A stretch of DNA of 47,926 nt from Escherichia phage vB_Eco_ZCEC08. The stretch lies in sequence record PP213477.1; one strand, given 5' to 3'. The translations under genes and the position numbers were made by a program. Below, in pieces: positions 31,584 through 41,875 of this stretch. A model generated the notes under the pieces. The model saw only the letters and a list, made by a program, of their open reading frames with translations, had not been told where the DNA came from and did no database searches. Each line of letters opens with the position of its first letter. Position 1 is the stretch's first letter.

Positions 31584-34163
31584 ATGGCTACCACACCAAC
31601 CAACCTGCCTATACCCAGTGAGTCACCAAGGGATTTGAAATTCAATGCGGGGAAAATAGACGAAGTTGTCAACTCTGACGCGCATTACTACACCGATCGC
31701 TTTGGTGTACGCCGATGGACAATTGCTGGATTTCAGTACACCGCAGAAGAAGCTATACGTAAATATGGCTACATCACTATGGACAGCTTCGAAGATGGTG
31801 CGACACTGACGCTTCCCAATCAGACACTGCGTTATGAAGCAAATGGAGAATATTATCGCTGGGATGGTGAGTTACCCAAAGTAGTGCCAGCTGGTTCAAC
31901 TCCAGACAGCACGGGTGAGGTTAAATTAGGAGCTTGGGTTAGTGTTGGTGATGCGTCATTGCGCGCCGATATTGCAAAACCAACCGGAACAAATTTAATT
32001 GGCGCAAAAAACGGGGAAACACTGTCTACAGTCCTGGGTAGTCGTTGGGCTAATTCGGGCGCAGATAAAAAAGAAATTCGTTTTGACCTGCCATTACTAT
32101 TCCCAGATTACGATGCGATTCTGGCGGCACACCCTGACTGGACGTTTATTTATCCAGGGTCATTCTGTATCGGGGATGATGGCAAAATCTATATTGCATA
32201 CGGCCCAAGTAATAACGCAGCGACGGAACGTTTCGTTGTAGTTTACTCAGGGGAAGGTGAATACTTAGGGTATCTCCAGACTAATAATGGAGGCACCGGG
32301 GTAAATGGTTCTGCGGTATCCGAGGGGATTATCGTAACCAATTACTATGGTTCACTTAAGTTATTCCTGGGATCCTACGATGGTAACTTAGCTGAGTTTG
32401 ATATCTCAGCGGTGACCTACGGCACCACGATTAGCTATACAGCCTTGCATCAGGTAGGTCTGTATAACCAGTTCTCCTTCCACAATGGAATGTGGGCAGT
32501 TGAACAGGCCATCCCAGCGTTGGGCATTAACCGCCAACGTAATGCTATTGCGTACTTCAACTCCGCATTTGCATTAACTGGCTTCACGGAATTTTCTCCG
32601 TATGACGCTGGATACATCACGGAAACTACTACTAATTATGGGTCACTTCAAACTAAGCGACAAGCAATCTGTTTAGCTCCTGGTGTTTTGATTATGGCAT
32701 TCGGTGGTGTGTACATTACAGGAACAACTGTAGAAGCGCCTACTAATTATCAGGGGGTAAAAGCGTTCAGCACCGATGGGCACAAAATGGTAGAGGCAGT
32801 AATTCCTCCTACTGGTTTTATTAGTGTCCTGGATGCTAAAGGCTTAACGACTTCTCGTATAGAGAATGAGGGCATCTGCTATTCAAATGGTGAAGTGTTC
32901 ACCTTATGGATCTATAACGACCGAACCACCTCGAATGCGTATACGCATGGAATCCTAATTACCAAAGAGTATTCCAATTTCCCGGACTTGGATTTTTCTG
33001 CGGTGACAACGGTATCCCCAGGTTACGATACCATTCGGATGGCTTCTGGGGTTTATCCACGAATTCTCGCAGGCGACGTACTCTATAACCCTCTGACCGG
33101 TATTGCCATGACTTCGTTGTCAGCAGTATTGGACTTTATGCGATTGTCCGGGCAGAAGGCAGTTACTATCTATACATCAAGCACCGGTCTTACAGACCTG
33201 GCTGGAGTTGCCTACCCAATCGGGATAGAGCTTCATATTAGCAACCTGAATAACCAGAGCTTCTCTATAGATCAGACCGGGCCAACTACCCGTAAAACTG
33301 TTCGTGTTACTTATGACACCTCCGGTTACACAGTAGTTACTGCGGCTACTGGTTTGGAGACTTACCGTTTAACTTTAAACAATACTGACTCTGGGTCTTC
33401 AACTCAGGGGCGTATCGCTGCCAGAGCTTTCGGTAACACAAATTTAACCGAAGCAGAACAGATTCTTGTCCTCGATCAACAAAGTTCCGCATCTGCACAT
33501 TCTCTTATTTTAGGTGGCGGCTCTTCATTATTTAAGAGTGCTACGACTATTAGTTTTGCTACTAATCCGTCGCCCGCAACCCTAGGTGGCACTATTCGAT
33601 GGCGTTTAGATGATACATCTCTACGTCCATACACAGATAATGCTTACAATTTAGGTAATCCATCATTACGTGTGGCTCAAGTATTCGCGGCAATTGGTAC
33701 TATTAATACGTCTGATTCCCGTGAAAAAACTGATCCTTCTGAAATATCGGATGATATCCTTGATGCCTGGGGCGATGTACAGGTGATCACTTATAAGTGG
33801 TTAGCTTCTATCGCATCTAAAGGGGAGGACTCTGCTCGTTGGCATTTTGGGGTAATTGCCCAACAGGTTCGTGACACGTTCATCAAGCATGGATTGGATG
33901 GTACTGCCTTTGGCCTGCTTTGTTACGACGAGTGGGAAGATGAATATGAACCTGAGTTCGTTGATGAGATTGTTACTGTTAATATTGATGGTGTCGATAC
34001 CGAAGTTACCCGTCAAGTGGAAACCGGTAATACCCTACTTACTAGAGCTGCCGGTAATCGCTGGGGCATTCGTCCCGATCAGTGTTTCTGGTTGGAGGCC
34101 GCTTATCAGCGACGCCGCTGTGATCGTATTGAAGAGCGATTAAAAAAACTGGAGGCTAAGTAA
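31584..34163 (+). CDS. tail fibre with C-terminal intramolecular chaperone (peptidase S74-like) domain
   Basis: 859 aa; C-terminal DSREKTDPSEI...WHFGVIAQQV...RLKKLEAK resembles self-cleaving chaperone domains of tail fibres and endosialidases. Confidence 0.65.
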   Translation: MATTPTNLPIPSESPRDLKFNAGKIDEVVNSDAHYYTDRFGVRRWTIAGFQYTAEEAIRKYGYITMDSFEDGATLTLPNQTLRYEANGEYYRWDGELPKVVPAGSTPDSTGEVKLGAWVSVGDASLRADIAKPTGTNLIGAKNGETLSTVLGSRWANSGADKKEIRFDLPLLFPDYDAILAAHPDWTFIYPGSFCIGDDGKIYIAYGPSNNAATERFVVVYSGEGEYLGYLQTNNGGTGVNGSAVSEGIIVTNYYGSLKLFLGSYDGNLAEFDISAVTYGTTISYTALHQVGLYNQFSFHNGMWAVEQAIPALGINRQRNAIAYFNSAFALTGFTEFSPYDAGYITETTTNYGSLQTKRQAICLAPGVLIMAFGGVYITGTTVEAPTNYQGVKAFSTDGHKMVEAVIPPTGFISVLDAKGLTTSRIENEGICYSNGEVFTLWIYNDRTTSNAYTHGILITKEYSNFPDLDFSAVTTVSPGYDTIRMASGVYPRILAGDVLYNPLTGIAMTSLSAVLDFMRLSGQKAVTIYTSSTGLTDLAGVAYPIGIELHISNLNNQSFSIDQTGPTTRKTVRVTYDTSGYTVVTAATGLETYRLTLNNTDSGSSTQGRIAARAFGNTNLTEAEQILVLDQQSSASAHSLILGGGSSLFKSATTISFATNPSPATLGGTIRWRLDDTSLRPYTDNAYNLGNPSLRVAQVFAAIGTINTSDSREKTDPSEISDDILDAWGDVQVITYKWLASIASKGEDSARWHFGVIAQQVRDTFIKHGLDGTAFGLLCYDEWEDEYEPEFVDEIVTVNIDGVDTEVTRQVETGNTLLTRAAGNRWGIRPDQCFWLEAAYQRRRCDRIEERLKKLEAK

Positions 34164-34389
34164 TGCATGATTTTCCCCATTATTACATGCGGGGGCCGCT
34201 GTCATTATCCAAAGCGGAATTGGCATTGTGTTAGGTATGTGGGGTGCAGGAGGCGCGCCAATATACCTTGGTGGGGTGGATTCGACTGGCGAGCATGGGA
34301 CTTACCTAGTCTATTGGATTAGTTAGTACCAGTGTTAGCATATACTGTAGTTTGGGTTATTACGGCTTATATTTCCTAACAATAATCAC

Positions 34390-34412
34390 TAAACCCCGCT
34401 TCGGCGGGGTTA
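34390..34412. terminator. bidirectional terminator candidate
   Basis: CCCCGC-TTCG-GCGGGG then TTAGTTTTATC, between convergent tail fibre and SSB genes. Confidence 0.5.
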
Positions 34413-34421
34413 GTTTTATCA

Positions 34422-34910
34422 TCAGAACGGAATGTCGTCGTCGAAGTCCATCGGAGGCTCGTTGCCTCCTTGTGGGCTTTGTTGTTTTGGTGGCTGCTGT
34501 TGCTGTCGTTGCGGTTGCTGCCCTGATTGCTGGCGTGGTTGCTGACCAGAATCGTCACGTTTACCACCAAGCATCTGCATGACGCCGCCAATCTGCGGAA
34601 TGACAATCTCAGTGGTGTATTTGTCCACACCGTTGCTGTCAGTCCACTTACGAGTGCGCAGTTGGCCTTCGATATAAACCTGCGAGCCTTTGCGAAGGTA
34701 TTCTCCTGCAACTTCCGCAAGTTTTCCAAAGATGACCACGCGATGCCATTCAGTCTGTTCTTTCTTTTCTCCTGTCTGCTTATCTTTCCATTGCTCAGAT
34801 GTTGCAACAGAAAGGTTGGCAATTGAAGAGCCTGATGCTGAATATTTAACTTCAGGGTCGTTACCAACTCGACCAAGGATTATGCACTTATTAATACCAA
34901 TCGAAGACAT
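34422..34910 (-). CDS. ssb: single-stranded DNA-binding protein
   Basis: OB-fold N-terminus, Gln/Pro-rich linker and acidic tail ending DDDIPF. Confidence 0.9.
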   Translation of the reverse strand: MSSIGINKCIILGRVGNDPEVKYSASGSSIANLSVATSEQWKDKQTGEKKEQTEWHRVVIFGKLAEVAGEYLRKGSQVYIEGQLRTRKWTDSNGVDKYTTEIVIPQIGGVMQMLGGKRDDSGQQPRQQSGQQPQRQQQQPPKQQSPQGGNEPPMDFDDDIPF

Positions 34911-35428
34911 TACTTGAATCTCCCGTTTTTATCTCTTAATCTGCCATTATGATTCTCTGTGGCGTGTAATGATGCGTGCTCTGACTTCGTCATAAGCATT
35001 AGGTTACTTGGATGGTTGTTTGTTTTATCATGGTCTATATGATGAACGCATTCATTGTGAAACAACCTCCTCCCAATAATGCCTTCCATAACTACGACAT
35101 GCTCTCCTCTTCCTTTGTTTTCACCCATAGTTATCTCGACATAACCATTCGGTTTTACAGAGCGACCCTTGCCAACTCCTTTCTTTGATTTTGATATATT
35201 TTGCTTCCATTCTTCAGTAAACTTTCGTTTTTTACCCCTAAGTCCTGAACCAAGTCTTCCCTCTGCGGCAGCAATTCTTATTGCATCTCCTCTGCTTCTC
35301 AATATTCCGGCTTTCTTAAATCTAAACCTCAATGTTGACATGGCTATTCCTGTTTCATTGGAGATTTGAGGGATGCTCATGCCAGACAAATACATATCAA
35401 ACTCATTCATATGCACCTCCTTGTGCAA
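34910..35428 (-). CDS. HNH homing endonuclease
   Basis: C-terminal [23 protein letters not shown]; N-terminal helix-turn-helix-like region. Confidence 0.7.
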   Translation of the reverse strand: MHKEVHMNEFDMYLSGMSIPQISNETGIAMSTLRFRFKKAGILRSRGDAIRIAAAEGRLGSGLRGKKRKFTEEWKQNISKSKKGVGKGRSVKPNGYVEITMGENKGRGEHVVVMEGIIGRRLFHNECVHHIDHDKTNNHPSNLMLMTKSEHASLHATENHNGRLRDKNGRFK

Positions 35429-35490
35429 TATAGTAATTTACAACCATTAAGTCAACTTTTAATTACTTTATTTACGCCGCGTGCCATTTA

Positions 35491-36540
35491 TCAAAATCCT
35501 TCAATTGGAGTTGGTTTATGTTCGGTTTTGGTTTCTTCCTGTGGCTCTGGCGGTTGTGGTTGTGGTTTAGCCAGTTTTGCAGGGTTGAAATTATCCTGCG
35601 GAGTGATTACCACAGGAGATAATTGCTCATCATTGATGAAAGACTCAATGCGATCGTATTCTGCGGCTGAAGCAGCGAGAGACGGCCATATTGCGCGAAT
35701 CTTATCTTTCAGGTTATCAGGTATTGATTTTGCTTCTTCCTTCAAGCCTTCCATGCCTTTTGCTGCTGAAAGCTGAAGTCGTGAACGCCATGACTCAAAT
35801 TCTTCGTCAACTTTAACGCCAGAGTCAACCCATTTGATGAGTCCGCGACCGTGAGCCTCGCCAATATATCCATGACGAACACTTTCACGACCAGACTCAA
35901 AGAAGATGGGGCGTAGTTCTTCTGGTAATTTGGTGAACTCCTGAATTTTCCCTCCATCGTGCATCATCATGCTCACGGTCATCTCGAACATAAAATCTTT
36001 CTCGCACACTGGCTGTAACCCAAGCGATACAGGCTCCTTCGGATTTGCGAAGTCAGTTTTCTGGCGAGCACGAAGACATACAATGATATGCATATTGCTT
36101 TGCAGCATGGCGTTCATGAACTTCTTGTGTTCAGCTTTTGCACGCTTCCAGTCAGCCATCTTTTTGCCGTTAAGAAGCGGCTTTTCAGCAATCTCTGTGC
36201 AGCTTCCTTCCCCTTCCCATTCGTGCGAACCTGAATCAATAACAAGAACCTTAACGCCGGCAGCCTGAAACTCTTCAATGGCCTGACGGTAGCGAGCGGG
36301 GCTGAATGGTGCATACATATCAGCGTGCAGAAATTTGCCATCAAGGATGTTTGAGTACAAGCGACCACGACCATTTTCAGTGTCAAGGAATCCGATTTCT
36401 TCTGGTGAGTCAACCATGCCTCTCGCCAGCTTAAGTGCGCTATATGTTTTTCCGCTACCAGACTGACCTGAAATACCTATTACCACGCGAGAACCTGAAC
36501 GCTCTGCTGGTTTAATATTGAGAATACCCATTTGCATCAC
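35491..36540 (-). CDS. RecA-like / Sak4-like ATPase (recombination module)
   Basis: Walker A GISGQSGSGKT; located between exonuclease and SSB. Confidence 0.5.
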   Translation of the reverse strand: MMQMGILNIKPAERSGSRVVIGISGQSGSGKTYSALKLARGMVDSPEEIGFLDTENGRGRLYSNILDGKFLHADMYAPFSPARYRQAIEEFQAAGVKVLVIDSGSHEWEGEGSCTEIAEKPLLNGKKMADWKRAKAEHKKFMNAMLQSNMHIIVCLRARQKTDFANPKEPVSLGLQPVCEKDFMFEMTVSMMMHDGGKIQEFTKLPEELRPIFFESGRESVRHGYIGEAHGRGLIKWVDSGVKVDEEFESWRSRLQLSAAKGMEGLKEEAKSIPDNLKDKIRAIWPSLAASAAEYDRIESFINDEQLSPVVITPQDNFNPAKLAKPQPQPPEPQEETKTEHKPTPIEGF

Positions 36541-36548
36541 CTCACTAA

Positions 36549-37487
36549 TTATAAATTAAATTGCTTCTTGAACCATTCAGGCGTTTCCATTTCGATAACA
36601 GGATTACCCATTGAATAACCCGGCCACGAATTGGCTTTTTTGCACGCCTTGTAAATTTCCATTGCACCATTCAACTGAATGCGACCGATTCGTAATTGCT
36701 CTTCAGTCAAACGAATCAAAGCAGGAATAAATGGAGCTTTCTTTTCCTGCACGAGAAGATTCACAGAGCGTGGCGCATAACCGTATGCAGCAACAAACAT
36801 ATCGTGTTGCATAGCCATTTTCATAAAGTAGCCAAGTCGCGCAGCATGACGGAAAAACTCTTCAGGCTTGGCGCTCACTGCCGTTTTGTAGTCAATAATG
36901 TCACCACCTTTTGTCAGGCAGTCAAAACGAACTTTTGCTTTTTCTCCGTTAAGTTCACCGAGAATTGACACTTCAGCATAAGCGCCAGCAAGAAGGCTGC
37001 TGTAGTAGCTGTTTGCGTGTATTACAGCACGCATTTGCTGAATTGCGTCATAATCACTACCTTCCAGCATCTGCTTTCCTGCAGCAGCTTTTTCAGCATC
37101 TTCACGGATGACATCGTAAATTTTCACTGGTTCGCCAGTCGCCTGAATAATTTTGATTACCTCAGCTTTCGACTTCCCTGATAGTCCTTTAATGCCACGC
37201 TCTTTCGCCCATGAGTTCATGTCACTAACTGTAACAAGCAGGTCATCACCAAAATCTTCTTTTGTTGGCATTCGCGCATATTCTGCATCGAAACGCTCAG
37301 GTTCAAGTAGTGCAGTATGGCTTCCAGTTCCGAAGATAAGAGCTTTTGATTGCTCATCTTCTTCGTCTTTGTAGCGCCATGCTGCTGGGCATCTGTCAAG
37401 TATATTCCATAATCCAGAACCATTAATGTGCTCTGTGTCGGCATGGTACTGTTCGTTTGTGAGTTCATTGTTGAAGTAGACTTTCAT
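36549..37487 (-). CDS. PD-(D/E)XK family exonuclease
   Basis: 312 aa; IIDYKT motif consistent with PD-(D/E)XK nuclease; adjacent to ATPase and SSB. Confidence 0.5.
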   Translation of the reverse strand: MKVYFNNELTNEQYHADTEHINGSGLWNILDRCPAAWRYKDEEDEQSKALIFGTGSHTALLEPERFDAEYARMPTKEDFGDDLLVTVSDMNSWAKERGIKGLSGKSKAEVIKIIQATGEPVKIYDVIREDAEKAAAGKQMLEGSDYDAIQQMRAVIHANSYYSSLLAGAYAEVSILGELNGEKAKVRFDCLTKGGDIIDYKTAVSAKPEEFFRHAARLGYFMKMAMQHDMFVAAYGYAPRSVNLLVQEKKAPFIPALIRLTEEQLRIGRIQLNGAMEIYKACKKANSWPGYSMGNPVIEMETPEWFKKQFNL

Positions 37488-37489
37488 AG

Positions 37490-37771
37490 TTATTTGCCTA
37501 ACGCTTTGTTGATTGCTGTAATCGCTTGATTATGTGCGTCACGAGAAATACCATTATTTACCCATCCTAGACATGCTTGCAAAGCACTCAAGAGTTCTGG
37601 GGCGGCGGCTATGAGGTATGCATTGTGCCACTGCTCATCTTTATCCCCGTTATATGTTGGCGTGCTGGCAATATCAACTCCACCATCAGCTACAATATCA
37701 GGCGAATTGTCATCACCAACCACTACTCTCCACGCACCTTTAGTACCTTTGAATTCGTTACTCATCTTCAT
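37490..37771 (-). CDS. Ead/Ea22-like family protein
   Basis: IAAAPELLSALQ...INKALGK shared with 6013..6264. Confidence 0.5.
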   Translation of the reverse strand: MKMSNEFKGTKGAWRVVVGDDNSPDIVADGGVDIASTPTYNGDKDEQWHNAYLIAAAPELLSALQACLGWVNNGISRDAHNQAITAINKALGK

Positions 37772-37803
37772 TACCTCACTTGTTATTGTCAGTTGAATCT
37801 ACA

Positions 37804-38229
37804 TCAATCTACATCGAAAGGCAAGCCAAAATAGAAAAGCGTGGCTTTTTTTAGTTCATCAAGACCATAAGCGATGGCAGCATAATGACCAAGCCTGCAC
37901 ATCTCTGTTAGCACTGCTGATTGATCCTTGCTCACCCTGCTTTTGCTTTTATCGCGGCGCTTTGCTTCAATCATCCCACAACTGTGATTTACCCCCGGAG
38001 TCATTATCACATTGTCGCCTATACCAGCCTTAACCCCCATCTTCTGGCGCTTCAATACAAACTGGACGCGGCTGGATGTTCCTGTTTCATTCGGGACGTG
38101 AAACCAGAGCACATCAGGGAAACGGTGTTGCATCCATGTTCCATAACCCATCTGGTCAGTCTCCTCTTTTGGGCATTCTCCTCGATAACCGCTATCAAAT
38201 ACCCATATACCGCTATCAAGCTGCTTCAC
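37804..38229 (-). CDS. VRR-NUC domain nuclease
   Basis: FHVPNETG...MGVKAGIGDNVIM...IEAKRRD...SKDQ pattern. Confidence 0.6.
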   Translation of the reverse strand: MKQLDSGIWVFDSGYRGECPKEETDQMGYGTWMQHRFPDVLWFHVPNETGTSSRVQFVLKRQKMGVKAGIGDNVIMTPGVNHSCGMIEAKRRDKSKSRVSKDQSAVLTEMCRLGHYAAIAYGLDELKKATLFYFGLPFDVD

Positions 38230-38239
38230 TTTGTTATCC

Positions 38240-40144
38240 TTAAAATTCTTTTCGGTGGATTATGTCGCGACCTTTATCATTAATGCGATGCGTGATGCGT
38301 TTTGGCGCTTTAATCAACCCCGCATACATCATGAACTGCTTGGCGTTCTGGCATTTCAATATTTTCCCAGCCATTGACTTATCATCAAGGTGTGGGAATA
38401 CAGCCTTTGCCTTGAACATGTTTTTCATGTGAGTTGCGCCGCCATAAGGGTAGAAAACTTCATTAGCCCAGCCTTCTTTGCCATCACAACGGTTAATCCA
38501 GTAGCGATATAAAATCCCCTCTCCGTCCTTCGTTAGTTGAACCTTGAAATCCATAACATCAGCCCACTCGTTATCTGTATAAGCACGCTCATTCAGTGCC
38601 GAATTAGGGTCGCGCAACACGTGATCGCAATGTCTGCAATAGCGCGCAGTGGGGTCGTTTTTAGTGCCGCAACCATCATCAAAAATCCGGATTCCGTGCT
38701 TATCAAAACCGCAACGGATGTAACTGAAAAATTCTTCGCAGCGACCATCTGGAGATAGCGGGTCTTTCCCTATGCATCGACGCGCATATGGGCTGTTCAT
38801 TGTTCCACATGTATGACACGGAACTTGTTCGCCACTGCGTTTTGAACGTTGCGCTTCAGCCTCTTCCAGAATCGGGTCTTCATACAGCTGACCAAGCTCA
38901 AACATCGTGCCAGAGAAATCAAGAACCAGATGGTCTTCTTTATGATACCCGGCATCAATTTGCTCTTTCTTCAGTAGGCGCATTCCGCGACCAAGAAGCT
39001 GGACAAGGAGAGTTAGCGACATTATTTTTCGCAATATGCAGCTCGTATCCCATAACGGTATATTTACGCCAGTGGTAAGGGCGGCTATCTGGAATGTGAA
39101 TTTTTTACGCCCGGTGTATGCATCTTTTAGAGCCTTCCTTCTGGCTTTTGACCCCATATCTTCTGTAACTATTGAATAACTTCCTTCGGGTAGGTATTTT
39201 GCCGCCTCCTGACAATGTTTTTTACCAGCACATGTAATCAGTACGCCGTTTCTGTTTTTAGTCAACTCCATAACCTTGAGCATGATTTTCTGCGTCAACG
39301 TACCTTGCTCAAGAATTTCTTTCTGCATCTGCTTGAGCTGCTCGGCGGTAAAGTCCTGAGTACCATCAACATCTGAACCATGAAAATCCGAAAGGTCATA
39401 ATGCAGACTATCAACATCATGAAGACCAAAAATTGTTGGAACAAGAAAACCGTTTTCAACCATGTACTTGGTGTCTATGTTGATAATCTCTTTCTTCCAG
39501 AAAGCGCCTTTTATTGATGTAGTTCCGCGAAACGGTGAGCCTGTATAACCTATTATTCTCAACTCATGGCCATGCTTATCTTTACACCTTTTCATTAGCT
39601 CATTAATTATCACTGCATACTGCGTATCACCATTATTAACAACATCAATGTCATTAACCATATGATTTTCATCGATCAGCAGGAATCTTGGGCAAAAGTC
39701 AGAGAGCGCACCTTTTGCAATAACATTCCCATGCTCATCTTTTTTATCAAACAAAGCATTTACAACAGTACCCTCAGAACCACAGATTATTGGGTACGTA
39801 GAACTTTTCCTACCCAACGAAGCACTGAATAGCGAGTTTCTAACACCAAGCAACCATAGCTCTTCCGCATCTTGCTCCACTATTTCGCCCTGTCTTGATA
39901 AAATCATCCCTGAATAGCCCATCTCCTGAAAACGCTTTGCTATCATGGCAATCATCAGTGACTTTCCGCTACCGACACTTGCTGTTACATAGCTTGGGCC
40001 AACATAATGACGAATCACATCGCCAGTTAACTTATATATCAACCACTGATAGGGTCTTGGCTCGATATCACCAGTATCCAGATAAGATTTCAGCAGATTA
40101 ATATCAATCTCTGAAATCATTTTGTCGATTTTATGCATTACCAA
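38240..40144 (-). CDS. superfamily 2 DNA helicase with C-terminal zinc-ribbon region
   Basis: Walker A SVGSGKS, motif II LIDENH, TGSPFRG; Cys-rich C-terminal part. Confidence 0.7.
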   Translation of the reverse strand: MVMHKIDKMISEIDINLLKSYLDTGDIEPRPYQWLIYKLTGDVIRHYVGPSYVTASVGSGKSLMIAMIAKRFQEMGYSGMILSRQGEIVEQDAEELWLLGVRNSLFSASLGRKSSTYPIICGSEGTVVNALFDKKDEHGNVIAKGALSDFCPRFLLIDENHMVNDIDVVNNGDTQYAVIINELMKRCKDKHGHELRIIGYTGSPFRGTTSIKGAFWKKEIINIDTKYMVENGFLVPTIFGLHDVDSLHYDLSDFHGSDVDGTQDFTAEQLKQMQKEILEQGTLTQKIMLKVMELTKNRNGVLITCAGKKHCQEAAKYLPEGSYSIVTEDMGSKARRKALKDAYTGRKKFTFQIAALTTGVNIPLWDTSCILRKIMSLTLLVQLLGRGMRLLKKEQIDAGYHKEDHLVLDFSGTMFELGQLYEDPILEEAEAQRSKRSGEQVPCHTCGTMNSPYARRCIGKDPLSPDGRCEEFFSYIRCGFDKHGIRIFDDGCGTKNDPTARYCRHCDHVLRDPNSALNERAYTDNEWADVMDFKVQLTKDGEGILYRYWINRCDGKEGWANEVFYPYGGATHMKNMFKAKAVFPHLDDKSMAGKILKCQNAKQFMMYAGLIKAPKRITHRINDKGRDIIHRKEF

Positions 40145-40401
40145 ATCCTCGCACCAAGACGTTCAATTGTTTGTTTCTTTGTTTCATCATCTATTCCGCT
40201 ATAAAAATACATATAACTAAGATTCCATAGATAATCTTCTGGTCGCTCATCGGCAAACAAATCATCCCACTCAAAAATCCATTCTCCAGTTCTCTGTCTT
40301 CTGTATATGGTTAGCCATGTATTGCTTCGTGGCGGGTATCCGAAGGCAACAGGGATTGGCTTGCCATGAAAAATCCTCTTAAAAATGCTATCAAGGAACA
40401 C
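40138..40401 (-). CDS. hypothetical protein (87 aa)
   Basis: ORF track; start overlaps helicase start region. Confidence 0.45.
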   Translation of the reverse strand: MFLDSIFKRIFHGKPIPVAFGYPPRSNTWLTIYRRQRTGEWIFEWDDLFADERPEDYLWNLSYMYFYSGIDDETKKQTIERLGARIW

Positions 40402-40416
40402 TGCTATATCCTTTTA

Positions 40417-40446
40417 TTGATGTTTCTACGTCAGTTAGCTTATACT
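40417..40446 (+). promoter_or_regulatory. sigma70-like promoter (TTGATG - 18 nt - TATACT) with TCTAC motifs
   Basis: hexamers read directly; about 30 nt upstream of primase ATG. Confidence 0.4.
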
Positions 40447-40476
40447 CAATCTACACCAACAATCAAGGGTCAATTT

Positions 40477-41430
40477 ATGAGATACGACTGGAAAGACATT
40501 GAGCCAAAAATGCTCGGCAACTGGCAGGCTGCCATCATGTCTATCGTCAATGTGGATAGCAGAGTTTTCAATGGCAAGCACCAGCCTTGCCCTTCATGCT
40601 CCGGCAAAGACAGGTATCGCTTTGATGATAGCTTCGAAACAAAGGGCGATGGCGGCGCAATATGCAATCAGTGCGGGTCCGGCAGCGGCATGAACTGGCT
40701 GATGAAACTCTCCGGAATGAGCTTTCCTGAAGCGCTGGAGGCACTTGGTGGATTCCTGAATATGCACCCGCGTGAAAAGCTGGAGGCAATCAGGAAAGAG
40801 CTACCGAAGATAAATCACAGCGATGACTTCATCACCGAGCAGGAAGTCGCAGCAATCATGGCTAAAACGACTCGTGTCGCGATGAATGAGTGGACTTTGA
40901 TAAATGGTATTGGTTGCGACGTTAACGTCACCAGAGGCAAATCTGGAGAACTTATTGCGGTTGAGATGATGCGAGCTGACACAATGAAACTGTGCAACGT
41001 GGCATTCATTGGCATGGATGGTGATTCAATCAGAACGTTTTTCCGCGCAGGATACAACAAGGACTCAGCCATCAACGGCAAACTCACGCGCGGCGCGATA
41101 AGCCCAATCGGAGAAGACAACGGGAAGTTCATTTACCTGGTATCTGATTATGCCGATGCGTGGAAATGCCACTACTTCACTGGCGCTCATGCCTGGTGCT
41201 GCTGGTCGCCGGAAAACATGTGGGAGGTTGTGCGCTCGGTTAGCGATGAAACGAAGGCGAGATTGCGCTGCATAGTTAATTATAAATTTGACGAGCTTTG
41301 CGCTGCGGGAAATGCAGGACTTCCGGTGATGCTACCTGATGATGCTGACACAATCAGGATGGCGAAGCGAATCAGAAGAAAGATTTATGACGCTGGCGAG
41401 TTGATAGAGAAAATGTCAGTCATCAGATAA
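40477..41430 (+). CDS. DNA primase (zinc-ribbon type)
   Basis: start moved to MRYDWKD (residue 38); CPSCSGKDRYRFDD...CNQCGSG zinc-ribbon motif typical of phage primases. Confidence 0.6.
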   Translation: MRYDWKDIEPKMLGNWQAAIMSIVNVDSRVFNGKHQPCPSCSGKDRYRFDDSFETKGDGGAICNQCGSGSGMNWLMKLSGMSFPEALEALGGFLNMHPREKLEAIRKELPKINHSDDFITEQEVAAIMAKTTRVAMNEWTLINGIGCDVNVTRGKSGELIAVEMMRADTMKLCNVAFIGMDGDSIRTFFRAGYNKDSAINGKLTRGAISPIGEDNGKFIYLVSDYADAWKCHYFTGAHAWCCWSPENMWEVVRSVSDETKARLRCIVNYKFDELCAAGNAGLPVMLPDDADTIRMAKRIRRKIYDAGELIEKMSVIR

Positions 41431-41432
41431 AA

Positions 41433-41458
41433 TAAACCCTCCATCTGGAGGGTTTTTG
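41433..41458. terminator. bidirectional rho-independent terminator
   Basis: ACCCTCCA-TCTG-GAGGGT then TTTTGTT. Confidence 0.55.
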
Positions 41459-41875
41459 TTATTCTTTGAACTCTGGCGCTTCAGTCCAGAAAGCTACATT
41501 TCGCAGCGACTTACCAGTGTGATTGCACCAGTATATTCCTGAGTCGTCATACCTGGCAGTAACCTTGACGCGATCAGCATCAATAATAACAACCTCCTGT
41601 CCATCTTTAGGGTCGAAAAGACGCGCATCTTTCCAGTTGGCAATCTCATTAAAGGAAAGAAGAATATAGCCGGGAAGATAATCTCCGACATCATCGATGT
41701 GATCTATGGCTCTCTCCGTTCTCTCTCCTGTGTAGCCTCCATTCCACTCATAAAGAATGATAGTGTCTCCAACCTTAAAATCACGGCCCTTCTTTATTAT
41801 TTCAGCTTTCTTGTGCCCGGTAACTACAGGCCAGAAGTGCTCAGGTAAAATTTTAAGTTCGTGTGTTTTGCTCAT
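41459..41875 (-). CDS. ASCH-like / DUF3850-like protein
   Basis: THELKILPEHFWPVVTGHKKAEIIKKGRDFKVGDTIILYEW pattern. Confidence 0.45.
   Translation of the reverse strand: MSKTHELKILPEHFWPVVTGHKKAEIIKKGRDFKVGDTIILYEWNGGYTGERTERAIDHIDDVGDYLPGYILLSFNEIANWKDARLFDPKDGQEVVIIDADRVKVTARYDDSGIYWCNHTGKSLRNVAFWTEAPEFKE

Noticed and set aside
34164-34389. Short ORFs in the gap after the tail fibre gene
   Set aside because: Only 15 to 29 codon frames without ribosome-binding sites; more likely untranslated spacer.
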